A stretch of 63,925 nucleotides of DNA, counting the filler, from Stramenopiles sp. TOSAG23-2 (lineage: Eukaryota): assembly GCA_900128395.1 (NCBI GenBank). It is 4 parts of 4 records of this genome, joined end to end, with 100 filler letters (N's around TTAATTAATTAA, not from the genome) between each part and the next. Parts side by side here need not be neighbours in the genome. Positions count along the whole stretch, not along the records: positions 1 to 20,097 come from LT649563.1; 3 more parts are not named here. The stretch is one strand, 5' to 3'. Under the pieces are notes generated by a model that saw only the letters and a program-made list of their open reading frames with translations, did no database searches and was not told the DNA's origin. The position numbers were made by a program, and so were the translations under genes. Positions 1 through 10,638 of this stretch are shown here, piece by piece; the stretch's first letter is position 1; each line of letters starts with the position of its first letter.

Positions 1-1392
1 CGACTCAGACTCTTCTGATTCTTCTGATTCATCCGATGATAATGATGATGAAGATCCTCCGCCGTTAGTATCGTGACATCTTTTCGTGTGATACCACAAA
101 CCTGCTCGGCTTTTATATACTTTATTTGGACACATTTCGCATTTAAATAATTGAGATGGTGGTGATTTTGATTCTTCCGATGTTGTTTGTTTCAGTTTCA
201 ATTTTGGTTTTGATTTCAACACCGGCTTTGAACCTAGATCTTCTTGAAGTTTAATTTCTTTCATTAACCAGTTAATATCATTCTTAAATTTGTCTGGAAG
301 AGCTCTGCCAGTAACATTTTGGAACTTTTTTTGCGCCGCATGGAGCGCGGTCAATGTTCCGTCATGGATCGGCACTCGTCTATCATAGATCCACCAACCT
401 GTTCCTGTTCTAGCATCTACAACAGGGACAGTAAAAGTTTGGATTTCTTCAGGAATAATATTCTTTGAAATGTTAAATTTACCTTTTGTTATTTTTGATT
501 TTTCTTCAATATTATTTTTCTTCTTTTCCTTCGTTTTATTTATAGTAATTTTTGAAACCATTTTTTCTGTTTCCCCATCTGGTAAGAAATATGCAAACTC
601 ACGCAATAAATCAGGTTCGTTTTTAAACAATTCTGAAAAAGAATCAAGCACACCTTCAATGCTTTGCTCTTGCTCTTTATATAGATGTAAAATATCCAGA
701 AATTTACGATATATTACAGGCCTTTCAGCAAACCTGCGCTTGATTTTTGTTACATATGAAATGGCATGGTCAAATCCAAATGGTTGCTTTGCACCACCAC
801 TACCATTCTGTTTAGGACGTAGATTTTGCATTGTTTCTGTGTTAAAGTTCTGTGCCACACGTTTTATCATGCTAGTAGAAGTTGTTTGCTTTTCCAGTTT
901 TGTAGCTTTGTTTTTGTGCAATTTTTCCTCAGTACTTTTTTTTCTGTATTTCCTTATCAACGTATTTTGCGATGGTGTAAATGATTCGAAGGCAGATGGT
1001 TGAGATGTAGCTGTGTTTTCATGCAATTTATCCTCAGCACTTGTTTTTTTTCTGTATTTCCTTATCAACGTATTTTGCGATGGTATAAATGATTCGAAGG
1101 CAGATGGTTGAGATGTAGCTGTGCTTTCATGCAATTTATCCTCAGCACTTGTTTTTTTTCTGTATTTCCTTATCAACGTATTTTGCGATGGTATAAATGA
1201 TTCGAAGGCAGATGGTTGAGATGTAGCTGTGCTTTCATGCAATTTATCCTCAGCACTTGTTTTTTTTCTGTATTTCCTTATCAACGTATTTTGCGATGGT
1301 ATAAATGATTCGAAGGCAGATGATTGAGATGACGAAATACCCCATCTAATATTATGCAATTCATTTACAAACATTTCATTTGATTTGTTCAT
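1..1392 (-). CDS. PAH (Sin3-type paired amphipathic helix) domain plus C2H2 zinc-finger protein with N-terminal 36-aa tandem repeats; 3' end truncated at the window edge
   Basis: Manual translation from ATG at 1392; the translated segments (start, repeats, PAH, zinc finger) share one frame that runs off position 1. FDHAISYVTKIKRRFAERPVIYRKFLDILHLYKEQEQSIEGVLDSFSELFKNEPDLLREFAYFLP (~575-775) is a PAH repeat. CEMCPNKVYKSRAGLWYHTKRCH (~73-141) is a C2H2 finger. Absent from the ORF track because it has no stop in the window. Confidence 0.85.
   Translation of the reverse strand, partial: MNKSNEMFVNELHNIRWGISSSQSSAFESFIPSQNTLIRKYRKKTSAEDKLHESTATSQPSAFESFIPSQNTLIRKYRKKTSAEDKLHESTATSQPSAFESFIPSQNTLIRKYRKKTSAEDKLHENTATSQPSAFESFTPSQNTLIRKYRKKSTEEKLHKNKATKLEKQTTSTSMIKRVAQNFNTETMQNLRPKQNGSGGAKQPFGFDHAISYVTKIKRRFAERPVIYRKFLDILHLYKEQEQSIEGVLDSFSELFKNEPDLLREFAYFLPDGETEKMVSKITINKTKEKKKNNIEEKSKITKGKFNISKNIIPEEIQTFTVPVVDARTGTGWWIYDRRVPIHDGTLTALHAAQKKFQNVTGRALPDKFKNDINWLMKEIKLQEDLGSKPVLKSKPKLKLKQTTSEESKSPPSQLFKCEMCPNKVYKSRAGLWYHTKRCHDTNGGGSSSSLSSDESEESEESES
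918..1330. repeat. Coding minisatellite, 108-bp unit, about 3.8 copies
   Basis: Units start at 918, 1023, 1131 and 1239 (spacing 105, 108, 108). Copies are near-identical and frame-preserving. Confidence 0.95.
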
Positions 1393-1679
1393 TATTGTTA
1401 TTAATACAATTTTTTCTCAGGATATATATTCTTCTTTGTTTTTTATATATAATATAAAAAATAAATAAATAAATACACGTGAATATTTTCAAACATATAG
1501 TATGTATCTTTTATACCTTGTCTCGCAATGTCTTTTCTTTTTTCAATATTGTTATATTCTTTTATTATAGAATCAATGCTCAATCTCCAATATACATACC
1601 ATTTCTATCTTTGTGTCATTTCAAAGTAATATACTAATACACACATGATGAGTTATTATTATCTTTTCTAAAAACAAAT

Positions 1680-1921
1680 TGGCCTCTCCGCAAATCCCTG
1701 CATCAGCGCGATAAATATCAAGATTTTGTCCCCGAGTTTTTGTCCCCCTGTCTTAGTCAAATAGAGAGCTGGCCTGCTATATCGTACTAAATGATGTATT
1801 AAACTCGGGGACAAAACTCGGGACAAAATCTTAACATGTAAATACCATCTAACACCACCTATCATTGCATCAGAGTCTGGGAATCAAGTTTTTGTCCCCG
1901 CGGGGATTTGCGGAGAGGCCA
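1680..1921. mobile_element. MITE (non-autonomous DNA transposon), about 242 bp
   Basis: TIR TGGCCTCTCCGCAAATCCCTG / CGGGGATTTGCGGAGAGGCCA (1 mismatch). Flanking direct repeat AAAAACAAAT at 1670-1679 and 1922-1931. Internal TTTTGTCCC motifs in both orientations. Confidence 0.85.
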
Positions 1922-2641
1922 AAAAACAAATTACACTTTTTAGTTATTTCTTCTTCTCTCTTATTAGTAGTCGTCTTCTATTTATTATTAGAATTATTAA
2001 AATCGGAATCTTAGTATACAAATAGATATACTTAATATATTTTTATAAAATTGATGATACCATCTTTCAGAAATTTTTCCTTACTTTTAATACTATTTCA
2101 ATATTATATTTCTTCAAAATGTGTGTATGGAAATTCCTATTGGACTTGTTGAAATGTACTTTTTTTTATACAAATGTATAGTTCACTCCCCCGCGGTCTT
2201 GAATAATATAGAGGTATCATTACAGAGGATCCCGCTCTTGTTAGCTATCATACGCAGAATTGCCTTTTCTTTCACCCGGCATAGCCGCCTGGCTAGTGCA
2301 TCCAATTTAAATTGCACAATTGGCCCAATAAAAAGTTGCCATTTTTTTATTAATTTATTGCACTATTCACTATTATAAAAAAGATGTACATGCAAGGCCA
2401 GGAAAAGTTAGTTGTGATTTGACGGGGGAAAGTGGATTAAATGTCATGGAACGAGCGATGATTATGAATGAGATACCAACCGATATACACGATCTTATCT
2501 TTAAAGAGAGTGTCACATTAGATGTGAATGATGATAAATTTGTTGAAATTAATATACAAGAGTAAGAAATTTAAAAAAAGGTGGCGCTGTTATTCATACT
2601 TCGCATGGAAACACACAATACATAATTTATAATATATATAT

Positions 2642-3046
2642 TTGTACGAATATTATACCACACCCCCACCCCCATTCTTTTTTTATTTTTCCTCTACACC
2701 TTCATATATTTCAAATCCATACTCATCATCGACAAAGGGTATTTCGAACAACAGAAATTTATTACTTGGCAACACTGGAACTACAAATCATACCAATATA
2801 GGAATATCTACCACACCATCACCAACTAGTATTCATGTTGACGTGACTGCCGGTAGTAGCACAACAACGTCTTTTTCCATACGATACCATGAATGTAACG
2901 ATGTCAATACGTTAATGAAACGATGTGTGGAGGAAAGAGGTGTCTGGGGATGGACGTGTGATAGTGAAAAGTTAAAAGAATTAAATCCATGTCAAGGTGG
3001 TAAAATTATTAGCAAGGAAGGTAAATGTGTAGACCCTACATGTTAA
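2642..3046 (+). CDS. Possible 3' fragment of an extracellular Cys-containing protein; no ATG start
   Basis: Ser/Thr-rich stretch followed by a six-Cys C-terminal segment (HECN...RCV...WTCD...NPCQ...KCVDPTC). The start is unresolved. Confidence 0.35.
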   Translation: MYEYYTTPPPPFFFYFSSTPSYISNPYSSSTKGISNNRNLLLGNTGTTNHTNIGISTTPSPTSIHVDVTAGSSTTTSFSIRYHECNDVNTLMKRCVEERGVWGWTCDSEKLKELNPCQGGKIISKEGKCVDPTC

Positions 3047-3340
3047 AATCATAAAGGTAAAAAAATTACAACTACTCAAGTATTAGTTATATAATAAAAT
3101 GTACGAATTACGTAATATAACACATCATACCGATTTCGTACGTTTTTTGTTTTTTGTTTTTTTACTTTTTAGAGAATCATATTCTCTTTTTACACACACA
3201 CACGTAATGATCATAATTTTTCTTTTTGTACTGGTATATTATGATAATTGGCATAAATGCACAACCCCAAGATATCATATTTTTTTCTCCTTGATACGCT
3301 TCGTATTTAATATCTCCACACAAACATGTCCAACTTTTCT

Positions 3341-5956
3341 TTAAAATCTTGCGCACCATGTTTCATGTCGGTATCCTTCTGGTGCCGGTTTAAGTTCCCG
3401 TTCAAACCCTTCCTTTCGCTTTTCAAAATTAGACGTATCATAACAATCATTAATTTTCGGTACATGAGGTGCTTTAATTTCTTTCTTTAAGAGCTTATCA
3501 AAATCCATCGTAGCAAAGAATTTATGATTAAGAACATCTGTATGCCCATTTACACCTGATCCAAGACGATTATGTGGAAATGGATTTAACAAACTTTTTA
3601 AAACTACAGATTCAATTTGCGTAAACCCTTTTGGAAATTGCACTCGTGGATAATACGCTTCATACTCTTGCAATTCATTGAAAACTTCATTTGCATTTCT
3701 ACCTTTAAATGGCGTATATCCAATTAATAGCTCGTGTATTAATATACCAAGAGTCCACCAATCACATGCTGTATTGTGGCCAATGACTTTGTACACTTCT
3801 GGTGCAGCATATGCTGGGGTACCACATAATGTATAAGTACTACGACCATGTCGTAATCGTTTTGCAAGTCCAAAATCACATACTTTGATGTAACCATCAG
3901 AATGTATCATAATATTTTCTGGTTTTAAATCACGAAACACGATGTCATTTTCATGTAAATATTTAAATACAAGTGCAACTTGAGCGGCATAAAACTGAAC
4001 AGCTTCAGATGTAAATTTGGCATTTTTCTGCAATAATTGAAACAATTCACCACCCATTACGGAGTCCATCAACATGTAAAGCGATTGTTGATTTTTAAAC
4101 GTGCGTATCAAGTTGCATACCATGACATGATTAATAGAATCAAGCAATGTTTTTTCATTGTTGATATGATCATGTTGCTCTAAATCTTCAACTTTTTCTT
4201 TTAATATTTGCTTCAAGGCAAACGTTTTCCCCGTAACTGTATGTCGCACTAATGTCACTTTGCCATATGAGCCTTTGCCAAGCAATCGTATGCCTTCAAT
4301 ATCTTGCAACTCGATTAAATTGCCTTTTTTATCTTCCTCTGCTTTTGATCTTTTCTTGAAATGATTTGCCAAGTTATCTATTAATTTGTCACCAAACAAC
4401 ATGCGAAATTTTTCACCAGCTAATACATAACACGATGCCCCATTTTCACTTATCACTTTTGCAGATGCACGTCTTGGCGCTTTTGTTAACAGCGCACCTT
4501 CACCAAAATATTGATTTGCAAATAAATGTCCAATATCTTTCATTTCTCCATATGAAACAGATCCTTCTTTCTTTTCATTTATATTAATTTTGTTAAAGTT
4601 TTTAATGAATTTCATTTTCGGTGATTGTTGTTGATTCATTTTGTATTTTTTCTTCTTAGCATTGCGATCTGGTAATTTTACTTCAAGACCACAATCACTT
4701 GCAGTAACAATTGAACCACTTGAAGGAAACATTAAATCATTAGATTTTCGTTCCGATTCACCAAGTCCAGAATCTTTCTTCGTCGGCTCTGCACGTAAAA
4801 AAGCAATTTCACCAGTTCCAACAATAAACATTTCATCACCTTTTTCACCTTGTCTTACAATATAATCATTCTTTTCATAATGCCTCGTTTCCAACAACGA
4901 TGCGATAGTTTCGATCTCTTGGACTGATAAACCGGCAAAGGCTTTAATATGGTTTAATACTCGTGTTGCACTATTTGTACGAATAATATCATGCAACGGT
5001 CCCAACAAATCTTCAAATTCCTCCCGTGTTAAACGATACGTAGAAACGCAATGACTGTTTGCAACAACATCGGCATTCCTTGTATTATCCGTTTTTTTGT
5101 TATTGTTGTACAACGATGCTTCACCGAAAAAATCTCCTTTTGATAATTTGTTGACAATTTGATCACCAGACGAGCCACGAGAATGTTGAACGACATTGAC
5201 GTTGCCAGTTTCAATGAAATAAATCGCATTGCCTTTTTCCCCTTGCGAAATAATTTTTTGACCATATGCAAATTTGAAATTTTTCAATCGTGATGCAACT
5301 TTAGCTTGTTGCAACTCTGTCAATGGTGCAAATGCTGGAATTTTTTTAACCAAATTGTTCATTTTTGAATCGTTTTGCCGTGCAAATGTAATCAGATTTT
5401 TTTGATAAGTAGCTCTGGTCAAGACCCAAAGAAAACATTTACCTTTACCATCATTTTTGATACCTTCTTCTTGAACATTTTTCTTCTGTTCAGTTGCTAA
5501 TGAATTAGCACCAAACACATCGCCACGTTTGTATATTTTCGTTCCTACTGAAAGCTCGCCATCATAAACAATGAAAATAGTTGATTTAGTGCTGCCAAGA
5601 TATACGGTGCTCGTTTTTTCCTTAGTTTGGATCTTTAAAAAAGACAAAGAAATATTGTATAGCGCATCCTTCGATAATGACGAGAAATCAGGCCTCTTTT
5701 GAATTTTCTTTACTATCCAATCTGCATCTTTTTCAGATGGTTTGCTGTCTAACACATTTGTCAAAAGGTTATCATACGGTGATAAAGACATTTTCATTTT
5801 CAAGCTGTGGCTTCGTTTTGGTCGTTTACTTTCAATCGTTGAAAATTTCCGCGCTGGGGCTTGATCGAGATTTTTATTTTTCACACCACTTTTATCTTCA
5901 TTTTGAATTTGTTTTTCCGCATTGTTACTCGGTGTCCCAAGGCAAGTTCCCATCAT
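3341..5956 (-). CDS. Cyclic-nucleotide-dependent AGC kinase (PKG-like): about 3 cNMP-binding domains plus kinase domain
   Basis: GEKGNAIYFI...FGEASL and GEKGDEMFIV...FGEGALL cNMP domains. Kinase motifs GKGSYG, FRDLKPEN, DFG, TLCGTPAYAAPE and an AGC tail DTSNF. N-terminal MGTC acylation motif. Confidence 0.92.
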   Translation of the reverse strand: MMGTCLGTPSNNAEKQIQNEDKSGVKNKNLDQAPARKFSTIESKRPKRSHSLKMKMSLSPYDNLLTNVLDSKPSEKDADWIVKKIQKRPDFSSLSKDALYNISLSFLKIQTKEKTSTVYLGSTKSTIFIVYDGELSVGTKIYKRGDVFGANSLATEQKKNVQEEGIKNDGKGKCFLWVLTRATYQKNLITFARQNDSKMNNLVKKIPAFAPLTELQQAKVASRLKNFKFAYGQKIISQGEKGNAIYFIETGNVNVVQHSRGSSGDQIVNKLSKGDFFGEASLYNNNKKTDNTRNADVVANSHCVSTYRLTREEFEDLLGPLHDIIRTNSATRVLNHIKAFAGLSVQEIETIASLLETRHYEKNDYIVRQGEKGDEMFIVGTGEIAFLRAEPTKKDSGLGESERKSNDLMFPSSGSIVTASDCGLEVKLPDRNAKKKKYKMNQQQSPKMKFIKNFNKININEKKEGSVSYGEMKDIGHLFANQYFGEGALLTKAPRRASAKVISENGASCYVLAGEKFRMLFGDKLIDNLANHFKKRSKAEEDKKGNLIELQDIEGIRLLGKGSYGKVTLVRHTVTGKTFALKQILKEKVEDLEQHDHINNEKTLLDSINHVMVCNLIRTFKNQQSLYMLMDSVMGGELFQLLQKNAKFTSEAVQFYAAQVALVFKYLHENDIVFRDLKPENIMIHSDGYIKVCDFGLAKRLRHGRSTYTLCGTPAYAAPEVYKVIGHNTACDWWTLGILIHELLIGYTPFKGRNANEVFNELQEYEAYYPRVQFPKGFTQIESVVLKSLLNPFPHNRLGSGVNGHTDVLNHKFFATMDFDKLLKKEIKAPHVPKINDCYDTSNFEKRKEGFERELKPAPEGYRHETWCARF

Positions 5957-6798
5957 TTAAACAATGTGCGCAACTATCGTAAATAATGTTCGACGTTTAC
6001 AATATTTCAGTTATGGATCTTAAATTATACTTTGGTAAGTGTAACTTGAAAGATTATAGTTGGTTTTTCAAACGTTGCAGAGTAATTTGTTCAATAACTT
6101 TATATATAATATTTTGTTTGTTTGTAAGTTTGATACTAATATATGCTTGATATACATATATTTGTGTGTAGTAGTATTATGTTGCATTAATAATTGTGTG
6201 AATTTGCGAAATCCTGGAAATGTTATAACGAGGTCACAGCATTGCTTTTGTTAGTCGGAAGTCTGGAAGTCTTGTTAGATGAAGTCGTCCTGTGATGGAA
6301 GTCTGTGTTTTTGCCCATACTACCCCATACTAATACCTGAGCTGAGACCTGAGACAGCTTTACAGCTTTACAGCTTTATTATTTATTACCTGGTACGTAC
6401 CTATACATAGTCTAGTAAGTCATTAGGTATAAGTACGAAGCAAAAAAAAGTCAGACTTTTTTACATTTTTCATTTTTTTCATTTTCATTTTTTTGCAGGT
6501 TTGATAGGATAAGTTTCACTAGTAAACATATTATTCTATCAAGTATAAATATTACGTCTCATTTCAAAGTATCCGTATTAACAACATAACAACATAACAA
6601 CAACAACACAACAACAACAACACAAAAACTATATAATACCAGCAGCAGTATTATTTATACATCATCATATTATTAATAATACTACTATAAAAACGGATTA
6701 ATACTAATAAATAATTTATTAAAACATATGTTTCAAGGGTAAAAAGAGATAAAACTAATGTATTCCTGTTTGCAACTCACCGGTATATTATATAACAA

Positions 6799-8373
6799 AT
6801 GTCTTGGTTGTCAACAAAAACAGCGTCGTATGTAGGCGTCAGTGAAGATCCGAAACCATCTGATATACAAAAAAAAGTCTTTCACTTAAAATTTGACTAT
6901 AGAGTATATAATCAAAATAAACCAGTATTGTCCCCAATTGTAAAGAAATATAAACATGAAGCCGATCCAAAATTAATGAAAAAAAGAAGGCGGAAGCTAC
7001 GGATAAGAAATAAAAAAAGGAAAAGATTGCAACAGCAGCACGCATTTCAAAAAGCGAAGCAAAATTTATTATCAATTTTATATGCTGAAAAAGACATGAA
7101 ACATGAACATTTACGTGAGGTTATGGAATTATCTTGGAATTCACATAAACATATCATATTAAAAGGTGAAACACATGGATCTCCAATCCATCATCGTTTG
7201 CAAGAGATTCATGAGAAGGAAATGGTATTACTAGCAGCTGCTAAAAAAGGCACTCAAAAAAAGATGCGAGCGAAAGAAATTGGTTTAAATGAAGGCAAGG
7301 AGCACCATGAATTAGTAGATGAAGATATATATAAATTAGCGTTAGAGTTTGCTGAGAAAAAAGAAAATAAAGAAAAAGTAGATAAAGTAAAATTGGATTT
7401 CCAAAAACAAAAATTGGAAGCTGGCCTTTCTAAATATGTCGAAGAGAAACGTATTGAAACAAGAGATGGACGAAAATTAAAGGCAGAAGAATCTGCAAAA
7501 AACGTAAGTGAAAAATTGCACGCAAATATTGAGCGCCCAGCTTCAAGAGAATCTAGACCACAATCAAGGGAAGGTAGTAGTAGTGAAAGTAGACCAACTT
7601 CAAGAGGCGAAAAACAAAAAGAAGGACAAAGAGAAAAAATGGATATCGTTTTGGAAAAAAACGACGATAACAAGAAAGATGTAAAACAAAAACCCGAAAG
7701 CGAATCAAATGTAAAGGATAGTAAATTGAAAGATGTAGAAAAATCTAGTGAAACACATTCAAACTTAATTCCAATTAAAGATGCATCCCGAAGACCAAAA
7801 ATAATAATAACTGCTAACGATTTAATATTACATGGTCATGACATCGATGGTTATGAAACAGAGAATTTAGATGATGCTGGCAAAGAATTATATTACCAAG
7901 CACTAGGAATATCCCCAGAAGGAAAAGCATATCGTAAGAATAAATTCAAAGCATCTATTAAATATCAAGCAAATATAACCAAAAAAATGATCGAAGGAAA
8001 AAAACGTGTATGGGCACTACGAGAAAAACATAGACCAGTACACCGTAAATATTTAGAATTACCGGAAGGATATGAAATGAAAGATGGTCAATTTTACACA
8101 TTACGGTCTTATTCCCATTGTAATGGATTTATCAATCCACATTTGAAATATGTTGGCGTAAGACCCCATCGTTGTTGTCCAACGCGTGGGGAGCCAAGGC
8201 ATTTATTTGATCGTAGTTTCATGTTATTGGAAAAAGTCGAGAAACACGTAGAATCGAATAAGTATGTTGGAAGATGGACGGCACCAGTCTATCATTGGCT
8301 ACGTGATTTTGTAACAAGACAAGATGCGTTAGATTTTTCTAAGCAATATGGGATAAAGGATATTAGATTCTGA
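6799..8373 (+). CDS. Hypothetical protein (charged/coiled-coil; His/Cys-containing C-terminal globular region)
   Basis: 524-aa ORF in a gene-like context; no family recognised. Confidence 0.75.
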   Translation: MSWLSTKTASYVGVSEDPKPSDIQKKVFHLKFDYRVYNQNKPVLSPIVKKYKHEADPKLMKKRRRKLRIRNKKRKRLQQQHAFQKAKQNLLSILYAEKDMKHEHLREVMELSWNSHKHIILKGETHGSPIHHRLQEIHEKEMVLLAAAKKGTQKKMRAKEIGLNEGKEHHELVDEDIYKLALEFAEKKENKEKVDKVKLDFQKQKLEAGLSKYVEEKRIETRDGRKLKAEESAKNVSEKLHANIERPASRESRPQSREGSSSESRPTSRGEKQKEGQREKMDIVLEKNDDNKKDVKQKPESESNVKDSKLKDVEKSSETHSNLIPIKDASRRPKIIITANDLILHGHDIDGYETENLDDAGKELYYQALGISPEGKAYRKNKFKASIKYQANITKKMIEGKKRVWALREKHRPVHRKYLELPEGYEMKDGQFYTLRSYSHCNGFINPHLKYVGVRPHRCCPTRGEPRHLFDRSFMLLEKVEKHVESNKYVGRWTAPVYHWLRDFVTRQDALDFSKQYGIKDIRF

Positions 8374-8597
8374 TTGAAAAATAAAAAATATGGTATCAAT
8401 ATATATATATGATGGTTACATAGCTCCTCTCCATATCTTACTTTGTAAGTGTAAATCAATCTTATAAAAAAATATAAAAATATTACAGGCGTATTAATTT
8501 TTTGTAAAAATTTAATTTACGCATCATAATAAAGTTTAAAATACGTGAAGTAATAAATATATTTTATTTTTTTAAATTATTTATACTTCATTGATTT

Positions 8598-8716
8598 AAT
8601 TCCTACTGATATCTTACTCTAGAATACCTGTGTATACAATAACTGAGGCAATAATATCTATGATACTCGTATCTCACACTATATCATATTTATAGGGTAT
8701 TGATATTCTCTAGAAT
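8598..8716 (+). repeat. Dispersed conserved non-coding element, copy 1
   Basis: Blocks ATTCCTACT, AGAATA, CAATAACTGAGGCAATAA, TATCTCACACTA, AGGGTATTGATATTCT, shared with 16026-16141 and 23624-23693. Confidence 0.75.
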
Positions 8717-8797
8717 GCACCATTATATTATATATATTAATATTTACTTCTTATACATCATTACAAACCACATAATCCCATATATATATATATACTT

Positions 8798-9649
8798 TTA
8801 TTGATTAAGCCAACCAATAAAATAGGATGATAATGCAGAAAATAAAATGAAAATCAAGATAATAACGAGGAAAAAAATCAAACGTCCAATTTTCCCCATA
8901 TCATTTAAAAATGGATAAGGCCATAATCCACACCATGTATGAAAACTATACATTATTGCCATGTAAAAGATACCAAAAAATCCACTCCATATCATCTGAT
9001 AACTCAACGGTTGAATTAATTCTGCATTTGTATTTCTTAAATAAAAAATATCCAATGCTGCAAGTGGTACCCATACAATGTGGGTAAAACAAGCAACTTT
9101 TCGCACATTACCATAACCACGTTCAAGTAATCGTATAACAACAACATTTTGCCATTCATCATCGAACCAACAAAATTTAAAGAATAATATAGCAAGCATA
9201 ACAGCGGTAGAATGAACAAATGGCATTACACCATAACAAAATTTATGAACGAACCAACATGATCCAAAATATTCTGGAAAATGGATGGTAAATTCAGCAA
9301 TAAGTCCAAACACAAAGTGAAGCGTACATATTGTTTGGATCCATAATGTTAAAAAATGAAAATATCCTAGTACATTTGATTTTAAAAATGTATATCTTTC
9401 ATCCGTAATTTTTGCTGGTGGAAACCAATATATTTCCAAACCCAATCCATAAAGCGCTAATGCAGTTGCAAGGATATGCACATAAAAACGAGTGATATCT
9501 GGTTTAAAGTTTCCAACCGGTTCATTATCATAGCAATAGCTTGCAAAGATATATACCGTTGACAATACGGAAAATACATGACTTTCCGTAAGTCTCTTTG
9601 TTATCCACATAACTGCCTTTTCTTCTTCATTAAATGCAGTTGTTGACAT
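8798..9649 (-). CDS. FAR-17a/AIG1/ADTRP-family membrane protein
   Basis: Multiple TM helices, FLTLW motif (catalytic Thr position), conserved His in FTHIV, and WPYPFL near the C-terminus. Confidence 0.75.
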   Translation of the reverse strand: MSTTAFNEEEKAVMWITKRLTESHVFSVLSTVYIFASYCYDNEPVGNFKPDITRFYVHILATALALYGLGLEIYWFPPAKITDERYTFLKSNVLGYFHFLTLWIQTICTLHFVFGLIAEFTIHFPEYFGSCWFVHKFCYGVMPFVHSTAVMLAILFFKFCWFDDEWQNVVVIRLLERGYGNVRKVACFTHIVWVPLAALDIFYLRNTNAELIQPLSYQMIWSGFFGIFYMAIMYSFHTWCGLWPYPFLNDMGKIGRLIFFLVIILIFILFSALSSYFIGWLNQ

Positions 9650-10638
9650 AATGGTTATAATGGTATAATAATAATAATTTATCTATTTATATATCTATAT
9701 ATATATGAATGTATAATTATTGCGTCTAATCTATGTATTGTTTAAATAACTTTGAGCACCGCTACAAAATTAATTTAACTTGTATATATTTCACATCTTC
9801 TCGACACACCTACTAGGTATCCCACACATTAACATATTAATATTTTAAGTTGCTTTAAGCTAAATTTAAATTAGAGAAAATGTTTGTGCACAACGTGCCA
9901 ACATATCGGATATAAAAATTAAAGGTAAAATCAAAAATATAAAAATGTACTTAGCTGGTATTCTAATATTTCACTTTCAAGTATATAATAAATTATTGAT
10001 AAAACTAGATGTACTATATTTACATATTAAAAGGTAAAATATCAATGTAAAATTAAGGTTGTTCATCGATTTATATGATTGTGTACCTATTTAGCGTACA
10101 AATAGAACTTAATATTATTTATATCCTAATCTGTGCCATCAACTTTTCTTATAGGATGTACATTTGATTCGTGCATTCCAGCATTCGTTGGCAAATTTAT
10201 CATCACTTTATTTTTAGATTTATAAGCTTTCTGGCTTTCTGGCTTTCCACAGCAGCGACGAAAAAATTAAAATGCCGCCGAGAAAAATGAGAAATAATAT
10301 TACGCCTCTCACATTATAGAGAGACGTTATAATTATTGCCCGACGACTCACTTTTTTGCCTTTCAATATAAAATATATATATTTAATAATAAAAATGAGA
10401 CAACGGGACAGACAGGACAAAACATATACATAGCAACAATCACAAAATACCAAGTTTAAAGGATTGAATATAGGCTGATATATATATATATATATATATA
10501 ATTAGACGTATAATATCAAGAAATACTATATATTTATATAGAGACGGTGATAGAAGAAAATATTTCCTGTGTGTGTGTGTGTTTATATATATATATTGAT
10601 AGATATTAATTGTGTAAAGTAACAAACGTATTAACAAC

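Noticed and set aside
470-1003. 177-aa + strand ORF
   Set aside because: Antisense shadow of the PAH/C2H2 gene.
2383-2565. 60-codon open stretch (DVHARPGKVSCDLTGESG...NIQE*)
   Set aside because: Could be an orphan exon, but has no recognisable homology or supported upstream exon.
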